Shown in pieces: positions 32,032 through 41,519 of a stretch of DNA of 48,108 nucleotides. Where the stretch lies: positions 1-48,108 of the forward strand of contig CAYRRQ010000001.1 in the NCBI GenBank assembly GCA_964426715.1. Reading direction: 5' to 3'. Under the pieces are notes generated by a model, which was given only the letters and a program-made list of their open reading frames with translations, was not told where the DNA came from and made no database searches. Within the stretch, counting starts at the first letter, position 1, and the number at the start of each line of letters is the position of its first letter. A program made the translations under genes and the position numbers. This stretch comes from an uncultured Methanosarcinales archaeon (GTDB lineage Archaea > Nanobdellota > Nanobdellia > Woesearchaeales > SM23-78).

Positions 32032-35000
32032 TTAAGGCGTTGTAAGCCATGCGCCCAGTGCTTCTTGTTTTTCTTTGTCCCTGCCAAAAACACCTTCTAC
32101 TCTCTGGTTTAATAATTCCAGGGTTTGCTTCATATACACGGGCACGTTGTATTTCTCTGCGAGCCGCTGGCTCAGCTCCAGGTATTTTACTACGAATCCT
32201 TCCGAAACAGTAAATATTATTTTTCCGCCACACACCGTACACTTGCCTGCGAGGGGAGGTCTGCGATACTTCTGGTTGCAGTCCACGCACCTGAATTCCT
32301 GCTGCGAGAACTTTCTGAGGTTACCTTTGGTGTCTTTCATAAAGTGCTTGTCTATGACTAGCCTGGCCACGTCTGATGTATTGACTGCTCTTATCTTTTC
32401 TGCAAGTTCCATCTGGCCTTTTAGCTTGTCTTCCATGCTTGGCAGGGTCTTGTAAGCCGAGCACAGCACGCCTGTGTGTATGTCCTTGGTATCGTGTGTG
32501 AAGCCTGTGCCTTGGTATTGTTGTGGTGTTCCCAGGACGTCGCCTACTTTTCTTACTTTGACTTCCCAAGGCATTTTGTGCTCTTTGCAGGCCTGGTAGA
32601 ATTCCAAGGGATATTTCCAGGCTATGTCCATGTTAAATACCATGTCGTCCACTTCTGATGGGTTAAGCAAGTATGTCAGTACCAGGGGCGCGTCCATTGT
32701 GCTGCCCCGGCTGCTGGGCAGGTATTCTTTTGAAAAGTTAAGAAAGGCATCCATGAGGAGCAATAAGCAGCCTTCGTCTCCGTCGCAGTCCCTTCTCATG
32801 GCCGCGTGCACATAGGGGTGTGCTACAAATCCCTGGCTCTGAGAGAACCCTATGGCCCTGCACAGTATACCTGCGGATGTGTGTGGGGCTAAGCCGATTA
32901 TGAGCTGGCCTATCAGGTCTTGCTTGGTCTTAAGATTATAATATGGTTTCATGCCATAAAACTTCTCAAGCAATTCGTCTATGAAACAGGCTGTTCTGAA
33001 AAGAATCTCGTCTGCGGCTTCTTCTGGCGAGTCCTTGCAGCAGGGAAGTAGGATGTCCTGGGGTTTTAACTCAAGTATCTGGGATTCTGATACGAGTTCT
33101 TTGTCGTGGATGTCGTGGGTGTATCCTAATTCTTTTAGTTTCTCTAAGCTGGTGCTTGTTTCCTTGGGCTTGAAATGAGTAAGGGGTATTTCTGAGCAGT
33201 CATACCTTATGGTTCCGTCCTTGTTAACGCACAGCTTGTGCTTGGCGCGCAGAATTCCTTTGACCAGGTGCTCTGGTACGTGGTCCTTGTTACTGGTGCC
33301 TCTCACCCCTTTTATAAGGTCTGGGAAGATATTGGTGCCGAGTTTTTTTAGGAGGGGTGGAAAGACTTTTCTTATGTCTAATGTCACTGTCTTGTACGCT
33401 GCGGGTTCATGAGGGCAGTCTTTGACCAGTCCGCATTCCTTGCAAAAGCGCATTTTTTCTGCTGGCCTGTCGCACACCTCACATACATTAAACACGGTTT
33501 CCCTCTTGCACCTCTTACAGTAATGAGGCGCGAACTCTGCGGTTATCTGGCCTTTTTCAAGGGCTGCCTGGAATGACCTGAACTTGCCTCCTTCTGAGCC
33601 TACCGGGAATAGTACGTGCGGACTGCCTGTCATCTTTCTCATCTTAGCTTTTTCTGGCCTTCCCATTCTTGCGCCTATGAATGTGCCGCACTTATCCCTG
33701 ATCTCAGCCAGGCTTACCTGGTTTATGATATGCAACGAAGAGATGTCGGGATTTAGGGTGTCGGGATTCGAGGTGCTGGCATCCGGGTTGGTTTTCAGAC
33801 GGGTTATTTCTTGTCTGAGCTCTTTAAGTTCCTTTACATCAGTGTTCTTTAAGCCTATGTTGGCAAGAAGGGCGTGGGCGGCTTCGTTCTTAATAATTAT
33901 GTTCTCTGCAACCTCATCTTGGACGGCTTCATGGGTTTGGCTGGGATAGTGCGGGGCGGCTTGGTCTGGATTGTTTTTTTCAAGGCGGTGGGGCAGTCCG
34001 ATTAGTTCAAGGCTTCTCTTGTGCTCTGAATTAGGAAGTATTATCCTGGTTTCCTGGTTGTCCTGCTCTGTTTTCATGATTTTTATCTCTGCTTTTTCAG
34101 CCAGCCATTCAAGCAGTTCCAGGAGGCGTCTGGGTTTAATTGAGTTCCAGTAAAAAATGTGTTGTGGATGAAGAGGTATTTTAAGTCTTTTACTTATTTG
34201 AAGGGCTGCTTTACAAGAGATTTTGGTTGTCAATGGCTTGTTAAAGAGCACGCTTAGTTTTTCCTCACTGATATCAATCAGCTCTGCGATTTTTTCTATG
34301 TCAAACGTGCCGAACAGCTTGGTGGCTGCTCTTTCTGCTTCAAGCACCCATTCCTCAGGCACATATCCTGCTGGCACCAGGGGGTGGGCGCGGTCTAGGA
34401 AGTCCCCGTAGTTTATGAGCACGTCTCCAAGATATAGTATCTCCCTGATTTGGCTTCTTAAATGTCCTGCCTGGTCTGGGTCTTCGAGATAAGCAACCGC
34501 GTTGTTTTTCAGCTTCACAATCGGGCCGTCAATCGTATCGCATGATGTGAACGCAGCAGCCTTGCCTGGGCGTTCTACTTTTAGCTGGGTGGCTATTGCT
34601 ACGAAGTCGTTGAGAACCTGCATTGTCGCGGGGTGTATGCTCTGAGCTGAGAAGCCTGACATTCTTGAGCGTCCGTATCTGAGCCTGAAGGCGCCGTTGG
34701 CTAGGGGGTGACCGAGCACAGGTCTTCCAGCGACAAGGTCTGAAATATAGGTGTAATCTGGTTTTATATTGAACTGTTCTTGTTTTCCTGTTGGGGCTTG
34801 ACCCCCTACCTTCTCGTTAATTTGTTCTTTGCCTGTCTTTTTGTCTGCTTTCTTGGTCTGGGCTTTTATCTGGGCTTCCCTTGCGCGGGCACGCTTTTGT
34901 ATTTTCAGGAATTCTTCTAAAAAAGACCAGTGCCCCATCCCCATGTCTATCCCCCATTTGTTCAGCTTGGCCCATAGCTTAGATGCTTTTAAGGGGAGGC

Positions 35001-35778
35001 CTGCACTGTAAACCAGGCAGTAACCACTCCGAATTCTGTTGGTGTTTATTCTGGGCAGGTCTTTAAGGTTAACATTTGATATCTCATATTTCTCTGAGGG
35101 GTCTCCTGATATCTCTACAGGAACATGAGCGACCAGGTACTCAGATTCTTGTCTTGAAGGATAATACTGTAGATTGGTAACCCATTCATGATAGTCTGTG
35201 AGTTCTGCATGACATCTCTTTATCTCTTTTTGTGTGGGGTCGTATTCTACATAACCTGATTTTTTTCTAACATAGTCTGCTATGAGCACGCACACACTGG
35301 CCGCTGTGCCCCCTGCAGCTCTTATGGGGCCTGAGAAGTAGAGGCAGAAGTATTCTCCTCTACCGTCCTTCCTGGGTCTTAATTCGAGCTTGGTAAAACC
35401 TTCTAAGGGAGCAGACACCGCTCCCATAGTCACATAAGCGAACCCTGTGCGTATTCCTGCTTCCATGGCTTCCTGCTTGTTTTTGAACTTGCAGAATTTT
35501 TCCTTAGATATCTCCAAGGCTATTTCAAAGGCCACCCTCCAGTCAAGCACGCCATACTTTTTTTCCAACTCACCTATTCTCTTAATTGCCCCTGAGTCTT
35601 GTATCTGGGGCGCTACCGCACTGATAAGCCCTATTACTCTTTCTGCAAGGTTCTTTGCCAGCACAACCTCTGGTTTCTTGCTCGGATCATATCCTTTGCT
35701 CCTGGCCCTGGAAGCTACCTTGTAGGCGTCAAAGGTTTCTTCTTCGAGTTTCTTAAAGTATTTTCTCATATTTCTCAT
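32032..35778 (-). CDS. polC: DNA polymerase II (PolD) large subunit DP2
   Basis: The N-terminus ..YFKKLEEETFDAYKVASRARSKGYDPSKKPEV..LAERV.. is DP2-typical. Zn-finger Cys clusters CKRCKRETVFNVCEVCD..CKECG and CVDCNQKY..CTVCGGKI are present. The 1248-aa length fits an intein-free DP2. Confidence 0.97.
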   Translation of the reverse strand: MRNMRKYFKKLEEETFDAYKVASRARSKGYDPSKKPEVVLAKNLAERVIGLISAVAPQIQDSGAIKRIGELEKKYGVLDWRVAFEIALEISKEKFCKFKNKQEAMEAGIRTGFAYVTMGAVSAPLEGFTKLELRPRKDGRGEYFCLYFSGPIRAAGGTAASVCVLIADYVRKKSGYVEYDPTQKEIKRCHAELTDYHEWVTNLQYYPSRQESEYLVAHVPVEISGDPSEKYEISNVNLKDLPRINTNRIRSGYCLVYSAGLPLKASKLWAKLNKWGIDMGMGHWSFLEEFLKIQKRARAREAQIKAQTKKADKKTGKEQINEKVGGQAPTGKQEQFNIKPDYTYISDLVAGRPVLGHPLANGAFRLRYGRSRMSGFSAQSIHPATMQVLNDFVAIATQLKVERPGKAAAFTSCDTIDGPIVKLKNNAVAYLEDPDQAGHLRSQIREILYLGDVLINYGDFLDRAHPLVPAGYVPEEWVLEAERAATKLFGTFDIEKIAELIDISEEKLSVLFNKPLTTKISCKAALQISKRLKIPLHPQHIFYWNSIKPRRLLELLEWLAEKAEIKIMKTEQDNQETRIILPNSEHKRSLELIGLPHRLEKNNPDQAAPHYPSQTHEAVQDEVAENIIIKNEAAHALLANIGLKNTDVKELKELRQEITRLKTNPDASTSNPDTLNPDISSLHIINQVSLAEIRDKCGTFIGARMGRPEKAKMRKMTGSPHVLFPVGSEGGKFRSFQAALEKGQITAEFAPHYCKRCKRETVFNVCEVCDRPAEKMRFCKECGLVKDCPHEPAAYKTVTLDIRKVFPPLLKKLGTNIFPDLIKGVRGTSNKDHVPEHLVKGILRAKHKLCVNKDGTIRYDCSEIPLTHFKPKETSTSLEKLKELGYTHDIHDKELVSESQILELKPQDILLPCCKDSPEEAADEILFRTACFIDELLEKFYGMKPYYNLKTKQDLIGQLIIGLAPHTSAGILCRAIGFSQSQGFVAHPYVHAAMRRDCDGDEGCLLLLMDAFLNFSKEYLPSSRGSTMDAPLVLTYLLNPSEVDDMVFNMDIAWKYPLEFYQACKEHKMPWEVKVRKVGDVLGTPQQYQGTGFTHDTKDIHTGVLCSAYKTLPSMEDKLKGQMELAEKIRAVNTSDVARLVIDKHFMKDTKGNLRKFSQQEFRCVDCNQKYRRPPLAGKCTVCGGKIIFTVSEGFVVKYLELSQRLAEKYNVPVYMKQTLELLNQRVEGVFGRDKEKQEALGAWLTTP

Positions 35779-35893
35779 CTTATCTATTAAATTACCTATT
35801 ACCTCATCTCTTAACTTCTCCTATTGCCTCCTCTTTACTATATTCATTTACCCTGTTTTCATTTACTCTCTTCATATTGTTGAAGTTTAATTG

Positions 35894-37480
35894 CTATGTT
35901 TTGTTTTTCTGCTTGAAAAAATTGATTATTTTCACTTCTCTTGTCTTCAGGTTTATCACAGGTACTTTTCCTGGCTGGGGCTGCAAGCCCCTTTTCTCCA
36001 TGTCCTCAGTTATATCTGACCAGCAAGAGCAGTTAATCATGGTTGTTTTCTTGTAATTATCCACACTCACCCGGTGGATGTGTCCTGTTATAAAAAAGTC
36101 TGGGGGGTGGGTTATGATTAAGGGGTCTGCTTCGGGGTCTGGGACGTACAGGTTGGAGGTATGTGTGGGTGCGAGGTGTCTTCGCTGCAACAGGAACTTC
36201 ATAAGCAGGTCTGGTCTTTTCTGTCCTCCTGCTGAGCGTATCCTCTCAACATTATCAGCATAATATATTAATGAATAGCCGTGATAAAGCAGGATGTCAA
36301 ACCCTTCAAATCCTTGTTCTGGCTTTGCACCGATGTTGATGAGTGAGGGGTTGCTGAGCATGGTTATGTTAGGTAGTTGCTTGAGACTCGCCGCATACTT
36401 GTGGTTTATGGGAGGTTGGGGTTCTGATATTCTTCCTATATCGTGATTACCGGGGCAAATAAGTATGTTTATGTTAGGAGGTATTTGTTTAAGATATTCT
36501 GCTATTGCATCGTACTGCTCCTTTATATCTTTTATAAGAAGGTCTTTTTCCTGCCCCGGGTAAATTCCAACTCCTTCAACCAAGTCGCCGATTATTATGA
36601 GATATTTGATTTTCTCAGCGATTTCTTTTTGCTGCAGGTTGCCTTTTTTGCTGTTTATCCATTGTATGAAGTCCTTAAATTCGTTTTCCAGAAAGGTGTT
36701 TGAGCCCAGATGAGGGTCTCCTAGGAGGGCAAGGTATTCTTTTTCAGGTCCTTTTTTCAGGTATTGTGTGTTTGGTATATCTGGGATGGTTAGTTTGTCT
36801 GCAAAGATTATGTCTCCTGCCACCACACCCTCCACACCTATTGTTTCGTCGAGTACAGTATCCCTGGCCAGGGAGTATGCGTCTTTCTTATTATTATTTA
36901 TTAAAACATTTATCTGGCCTGTTGGGTCTTCAAGGGCCAGGATTATGTTTTTGTTCTTGGTTGTTCTTTTATCAAGCACCATACCTATTATTTGCACTTT
37001 TTCCCGGCCTACTTTGTTTTTTAACCTGTTAATGCTGATGTTGTCTTTTAACCCCTGCCTCTGCCTTAGCATGTTGGAAAGTGCAGAAAATCTTTTGTTA
37101 AAGTGCGCGACAAAGTCATCTATATTTATTTTTCCTGGCTTCTTGTCATATGAGAAAAGAATTTTTATGCCTGTTTCTTGTAAGCCTGGTCCGGGCTTTT
37201 GCAGTCCTTTTATTTCTTTTATTTCTTCTTTTTCTCCACCTATCTTCCCTTCTCGTGTCTTTTCTTCTTGTACCCCCTCATCTACTGTTTTTTGTTCTTG
37301 TTTTTCTGTCTCCTGGCCGGGCAGCAGACCTTTTTCCTGCAGGAACGTCTTGTCTATGACAATGTTTTTTCCCAGGGTTTGTGGTGGGAGCTCGGAAAGT
37401 CTTTCAAGGAGGGCTTGGTCTTTAAGGATTTCTGGGCTTATTAATATTCCTTTTTTTATAAGAGATTTTGCAAGGCTCAT
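35894..37480 (-). CDS. polB: DNA polymerase II (PolD) small subunit DP1 (Mre11-like exonuclease)
   Basis: Phosphoesterase motifs GDPHLGS, IIGDLVEGVGIYPGQ, CPGNHD and GHIH, plus an OB-like middle part. An N-terminal Glu/Lys-rich linker is present. Confidence 0.93.
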   Translation of the reverse strand: MSLAKSLIKKGILISPEILKDQALLERLSELPPQTLGKNIVIDKTFLQEKGLLPGQETEKQEQKTVDEGVQEEKTREGKIGGEKEEIKEIKGLQKPGPGLQETGIKILFSYDKKPGKINIDDFVAHFNKRFSALSNMLRQRQGLKDNISINRLKNKVGREKVQIIGMVLDKRTTKNKNIILALEDPTGQINVLINNNKKDAYSLARDTVLDETIGVEGVVAGDIIFADKLTIPDIPNTQYLKKGPEKEYLALLGDPHLGSNTFLENEFKDFIQWINSKKGNLQQKEIAEKIKYLIIIGDLVEGVGIYPGQEKDLLIKDIKEQYDAIAEYLKQIPPNINILICPGNHDIGRISEPQPPINHKYAASLKQLPNITMLSNPSLINIGAKPEQGFEGFDILLYHGYSLIYYADNVERIRSAGGQKRPDLLMKFLLQRRHLAPTHTSNLYVPDPEADPLIITHPPDFFITGHIHRVSVDNYKKTTMINCSCWSDITEDMEKRGLQPQPGKVPVINLKTREVKIINFFKQKNKT

Positions 37481-37532
37481 TTTGAAGTTTGAATCTGGAA
37501 TGTAAAAAAAAGAGGGGGTGCTGTTTGTGTTG

Positions 37533-38759
37533 TTAGTTAAAGAGGTCTTCTTCTAGTAGTTTTTTTATTTTTAGTTCTATAGAACTTGGAAGGATTATGC
37601 TTATCTCCCTTGTTCTGCCAAACCTCCCTTTTGAAATGACTTTGGCATTTATTATTCCGAGCATGTCCAGTTCTCCAATAATATCTGACACTCTTCTCTG
37701 GGTCAGAGGTCTCAGGCCTGTTCTGTTGCATAGCTCCATGTAAGTGCTGTACACATCCCCTGTTTGGATGTGATTGTTTCTTATTTTCTTGTCAGATTTG
37801 TTGTTTAGTATTATGGAGTAGAGTGTGGCTTGGAATTGCTTGGGTTGGTTCTTGATTATTTCGAGTACACGGTCCCTTTCAATTATGTCCTCGGCCTGGT
37901 CTAAATGGGCCATGGTTATTTTTTTCACGTCGTTTCTTTCTGCCAGCTCACCCGCTACGCGCAGGAGTTCCAGGGCTCGCCGGGCATCACCATGTTCCCT
38001 AGCCGCATAAGCCGCGCATTTTTGTATGACACCTTCTCCTAAGACGCCTAGCTTAAATGCTTCTTCAGAGCGTTGTGTTAGTATGTCTTTGAGTTGGACG
38101 GCGTTGTATGGGGGGAATATTACTTCTTCTTCACTAAGCGAACTTTTCACTCTAGGGTCTAGGTTGTTGGCGAAAACCAGGCTGTTACTTATCCCTATTA
38201 TGTTGGTCTGGGTATTTTTTAGTTCTGAGTTTATTCTGATTAGGTTGTAGATTAGTTCATCTCCGGTCTTATTCACTAACTGGTCTATTTCATCAAGTAT
38301 GAGTAGCACTGTTTTTTTCTCTTGGTCGAGGGCTTTAAAGAATAGGTTGTAGACCTCGTCTGTGGGCAGGCCGGTAACGGGTATTTGTTTTCCGAATTCC
38401 CTTGTGAGCTGTGCTATTAATCTGTATTCTGTGTCGGCTACTTTTTTGAGTTTGCAGTTGACATATATTATTTTTAAGGGAATTTTCTTATTGTCAGAAA
38501 TGGTCTGCATCTGTTCTGTGAGGTATTTGACTGAGAGGGTTTTGCCTGTTCCTGTTTTGCCGTAGATAAATACATTGGAGGGTTTTTCCTGGCGTAGTGC
38601 GGGTGATAAGATGTTTGCGATCTGGGTTACTTGCTTGTCTCTGTGTTTTATTTCCTTAGGGACATAGGTTGATTGCAGTGCTCTTTTGTTTTTGAACAAG
38701 GACTCTTTTTTTAGGAATTGCTCAAATATGTTATTCAGTTCTTTTTTCACTAACCCCAC
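37533..38759 (-). CDS. cdc6: Orc1/Cdc6 replication initiator
   Basis: Walker A GKTGTGKT, Walker B LLILDEID, a C-terminal winged helix, and a GTG start. It sits next to an AT-rich repeat region carrying ORB-like boxes. Confidence 0.95.
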   Translation of the reverse strand: MGLVKKELNNIFEQFLKKESLFKNKRALQSTYVPKEIKHRDKQVTQIANILSPALRQEKPSNVFIYGKTGTGKTLSVKYLTEQMQTISDNKKIPLKIIYVNCKLKKVADTEYRLIAQLTREFGKQIPVTGLPTDEVYNLFFKALDQEKKTVLLILDEIDQLVNKTGDELIYNLIRINSELKNTQTNIIGISNSLVFANNLDPRVKSSLSEEEVIFPPYNAVQLKDILTQRSEEAFKLGVLGEGVIQKCAAYAAREHGDARRALELLRVAGELAERNDVKKITMAHLDQAEDIIERDRVLEIIKNQPKQFQATLYSIILNNKSDKKIRNNHIQTGDVYSTYMELCNRTGLRPLTQRRVSDIIGELDMLGIINAKVISKGRFGRTREISIILPSSIELKIKKLLEEDLFN

Positions 38760-38853
38760 CTTTGTTTAATTTCTGTGATAAGAAATTATTCTTGTTTCTT
38801 TGGTTTTGTCTTGGTTTTTTGTAATAAGGAATTTGGCTTTCTCCTCGAGAAAA

Positions 38854-38874
38854 TTTCCAGAAGAAACAAAGGTT
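38854..38874 (+). promoter_or_regulatory. ORB-like box TTTCCAGAAGAAACAAAGGTT
   Basis: Shares TTTCCAGAAGAAAC.AAAGG with the box at 39544-39569. It abuts the cdc6 TATA (TTTATAAAC on the minus strand, 38871-38879). A weaker same-orientation copy, TTTCAGGAAGAAATTTTGGTT, lies near 38988-39009. Confidence 0.5.
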
Positions 38875-39171
38875 TATAAAGTTTCTTTTCCTGTAGAATA
38901 TATTATTTAATATATATGGACTTAAAATATATTTATAACTAAATATGAGTGGGATTAGAGTGTGACGCCATGATTTCGTGTGGAGTTTTTTTCAGGAAGA
39001 AATTTTGGTTTTTGATGAATTCTTAATTCTTTTGGTGGACTTCCAATTTATTTAGTGGATGTCTAATTAGTGTTAATTTTTTTATTGAAAAATTATGAAA
39101 AAAGAGTGAATTTAATTTAAAAATCATCTGAACTTGTCTGAAGCCTAAATTAAATCACTATATTGAAAAGA

Positions 39172-39460
39172 ATTAAAATAAATAAAATAAATAAATAAAT
39201 AAAATAAATAAAATAAAATAAATAAAATAAAATAAATAAAATAAAATAAATAAAATAAGTAATAATAAAAATAATAACAATAAAAAAAACAAGATCCATA
39301 ATAAAAATAATAACAATAAAAAAAACAAGATCCATAATAAAAATAATGAATTAAATTTATTTAACAAAGAAAACAAAATACATAATAAGACACAAGATAA
39401 AAAATATGATGATAAAAATAAAAAATATGATGATAAAAATAAAAAATATAATAAAAATAA
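39172..39460. repeat. AT-only repeat tract (candidate DNA unwinding element)
   Basis: (AAATA/AAAATA)n from about 39172-39258. A perfect 36-nt tandem repeat, AATAAAAATAATAACAATAAAAAAAACAAGATCCAT, at 39264-39299 and 39300-39335, plus a partial third copy. A ~21-nt repeat GATAAAAATAAAAAATATGAT spans 39396-39460. Confidence 0.85.
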
Positions 39461-39543
39461 TAAAAACAAAAATAATCAAGACCAAAAATAACAAAATAAC
39501 AGAAAAATAAAGAAAAAACAAACCCATCGCTCTAAATCTTCAC

Positions 39544-39569
39544 TTTCCAGAAGAAACCAAAGGGTGGGT
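39544..39569 (+). promoter_or_regulatory. ORB-like box TTTCCAGAAGAAACCAAAGGGTGGGT
   Basis: TTCCAG..GAAAC plus a downstream G-string, resembling the archaeal ORB consensus (TTCCAGTGGAAA..GGGG). It lies on the far side of the AT tract from the first box. Confidence 0.55.
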
Positions 39570-39770
39570 ACATATTTTTTAATTATTATCTTATTTTCAA
39601 TTAAATTTAAATCCATGATTTCTTCAAACACCCAAATAACACAATTAACCACTAAACAATAGTGTCAAAACCGAAAGTTTTTTAAATAAAAACCCTTTCT
39701 CGTTCTTACTGCGTAATAGTTATTTGTGTTGTAGTTATGGATAGAAACAAAAAATTAAAGTGATAAAAAA

Positions 39771-40559
39771 ATGATTGTACAAGACGCATTTTTAAAGAAA
39801 ATAAAACAATTTGGACTAAACAGCTACGAAGCAAAGATATGGACAGCACTCCTTTCAAGAGGGGTGAGCACAGCTGGGGAGCTAAGCGACATTGCAAACG
39901 TGCCAAGAAGCCGAAGCTATGATGTTCTTGAAAGCCTTGAGAAGAAAGGATTTATAATGATGAAAATCGGCAAACCCCTAAAATACATCGCTATACCCCC
40001 AGAAGAAGTCTTAGAACGAGTAAAGAAACGAATAAAAAGCGACGCAGAAAAAGAATCAAATGACTTGGACAAGATAAAAAAATCAGATATTCTCAAAGAC
40101 CTGAATGTTCTACACACCCAAGGAATAGAAACAACAGACCCTACAGAACTAACTGTATTGATAAAAGGAAGAAAACAAATCTATAATCACCTAAATATGA
40201 TGATAAAAAACGCCCAAAAATCAATAATTCTCATGACAACACCCCAAGGCCTAAAAAGAAAATACATAGACTTATATGACTCCTTAGAAAAAGCAAATAA
40301 AAAAGGCGTAGAAATAAAAATATTTACACCAACCAAGCAACAAGACAACCAAATCCTGAAAGAATTACAAGCAATAGCAGAAATCAGCGATACACAAGGG
40401 CACAAAGGAAGATTCTGCCTCATAGATAACAAAGAACTGGCATTCATGCTCTTAGACGACGCCAACACACACCCTGATTATGACCTTGCTGTGTGGGTAA
40501 ACACACCCCTCTTTGCAAATATCCTGGCAAAGGCAGTTACAGCATATCATTCAAGGTAA
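39771..40559 (+). CDS. TrmB family transcriptional regulator
   Basis: The N-terminal HTH ..FGLNSYEAKIWTALLSRGVSTAGELSDIANVPRSRSYDVLESLEKKGFI.. is TrmB-typical, and a TrmB_C-like C-terminal domain follows. Confidence 0.85.
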   Translation: MIVQDAFLKKIKQFGLNSYEAKIWTALLSRGVSTAGELSDIANVPRSRSYDVLESLEKKGFIMMKIGKPLKYIAIPPEEVLERVKKRIKSDAEKESNDLDKIKKSDILKDLNVLHTQGIETTDPTELTVLIKGRKQIYNHLNMMIKNAQKSIILMTTPQGLKRKYIDLYDSLEKANKKGVEIKIFTPTKQQDNQILKELQAIAEISDTQGHKGRFCLIDNKELAFMLLDDANTHPDYDLAVWVNTPLFANILAKAVTAYHSR

Positions 40560-40657
40560 AAGAGAGCGCATAATAACTTTTTATTATAACTTATCATAAC
40601 TCAAATTATGAATCATATCATAATATAAACGCATATTCACTCACCTCTTTTTCCCAG

Positions 40658-40685
40658 GAAGACCTCATTTTTTCTTGAGGTCTTC
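40658..40685 (+). terminator. Perfect 10-bp hairpin GAAGACCTCA-N8-TGAGGTCTTC downstream of trmB
   Basis: The inverted repeat is seen directly, with a T-rich loop (TTTTTTCT), about 100 nt after the trmB stop. Its function as a terminator is inferred only. Confidence 0.3.
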
Positions 40686-40770
40686 TATGGGTTTAAGAAA
40701 TTCTAGAATGCTAGCATAAAAAACAACATTTATTAAATAAAAAACACCACCCCCATCAAAAGGTGGTGTT

Positions 40771-41487
40771 ATGAAGTCATTGTTAAAGAAAATAAGTAGT
40801 AAAATCAAAGGTGCACAAAAAGGAAAAACCCTTTTCTACCCCGGCTGCCTGACACAATATAAGTTAAGGCAAATCAACAACAACTACAAGGCCCTGTTCT
40901 CAGACATAGGAATAAACTTCACAACCCTGCCAGAACTAAAATGCTGCGGCTCACCCCTTCTCAATGCAGGATACAGAGAGGATTTTGAACAACTAAAAAA
41001 ACATAATCAAAGGATTTTGGAAAAAAACAATATCAAAAGAATAATAACCAACTGCCCCCACTGCTACCAGGTCTTTAAAAAAGAATATAATATAGATAAA
41101 ATACTTCACACCACCCAGGTACTTGCAGATAACAAGCACAAACTAGTTGCGGGCGAGCACAAGGAAGCAGCGTACCACGACCCATGCATACTTGCAAGAA
41201 ACAACAATATGAATATAATAAATGAGCCCAGGATAGTTCTTAGACGGGTCGGCTTCAGCATAAAAGAACCTGTTCAGACTAGGAAAAACACGTTTTGCTG
41301 CGGAGCAGGGGGAGGATTAAAACAAAACTCACCCAGCACAGCAAACAAAATAGCAAAAGAGCGGCTAAGCCAGTTACAACACAACCAAATCATTGTCAGC
41401 TGCCCTTATTGCTACGCGCACCTGAATGAGAATAAGAACAAGAATCAGGAAATAAGGGAGCTCAGCCAGGTTTTGACAAGAGAATAA
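40771..41487 (+). CDS. CCG-domain (2x) Fe-S oxidoreductase subunit, like the GlcF/HdrB/LutA C-terminal half
   Basis: Two cysteine-rich CCG units: YPGC..LKCCGSPL..NCPHCY and HDPC..FCCGAGGG..SCPYCY. Confidence 0.8.
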   Translation: MKSLLKKISSKIKGAQKGKTLFYPGCLTQYKLRQINNNYKALFSDIGINFTTLPELKCCGSPLLNAGYREDFEQLKKHNQRILEKNNIKRIITNCPHCYQVFKKEYNIDKILHTTQVLADNKHKLVAGEHKEAAYHDPCILARNNNMNIINEPRIVLRRVGFSIKEPVQTRKNTFCCGAGGGLKQNSPSTANKIAKERLSQLQHNQIIVSCPYCYAHLNENKNKNQEIRELSQVLTRE

Positions 41488-41519
41488 AAACTCCAAGAAA
41501 CGAGGAATAAGAAAAAGAC

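Larger units (their letters stand above)
38760..39770. other. Probable chromosomal replication origin (oriC) next to cdc6
   Basis: A 1-kb non-coding gap between divergent cdc6 and trmB. It holds ORB-like boxes and a ~300-nt almost C/G-free repeat tract (candidate DUE). The gene order oriC-cdc6-DP1-DP2 is the same as in Pyrococcus. Confidence 0.7.

Noticed and set aside
23332-35778. Inteins in MCM or PolD DP2
   Set aside because: Both proteins have intein-free lengths (674 and 1248 aa). The conserved motifs are contiguous, with no Cys/Ser...His-Asn-bounded insert.
2011-37505. Numerous long antisense ORFs inside large genes, for example 2011..2628, 8770..9027, 17131..17547, 24841..25284, 33584..33949 and 36768..37505
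   Set aside because: Each is fully nested opposite a gene with strong family signatures. Their products are low-complexity (Ser/Leu/Phe/Arg-rich) with no motifs, which is typical of shadow ORFs.
39172-39460. Possible CRISPR array, because of the regular short repeats
   Set aside because: The repeat units are directly contiguous with no unique spacers and contain almost only A and T. No cas genes are nearby. The tract fits an origin unwinding element instead.
39150-39469. Minus-strand ORFs 39150..39335 and 39173..39469, which encode Phe/Leu/Ile-only peptides
   Set aside because: They are translations of the AT-only microsatellite and tandem-repeat tract in the cdc6-trmB intergenic region. 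Their composition and periodicity come from the DNA repeat, so they are not coding.
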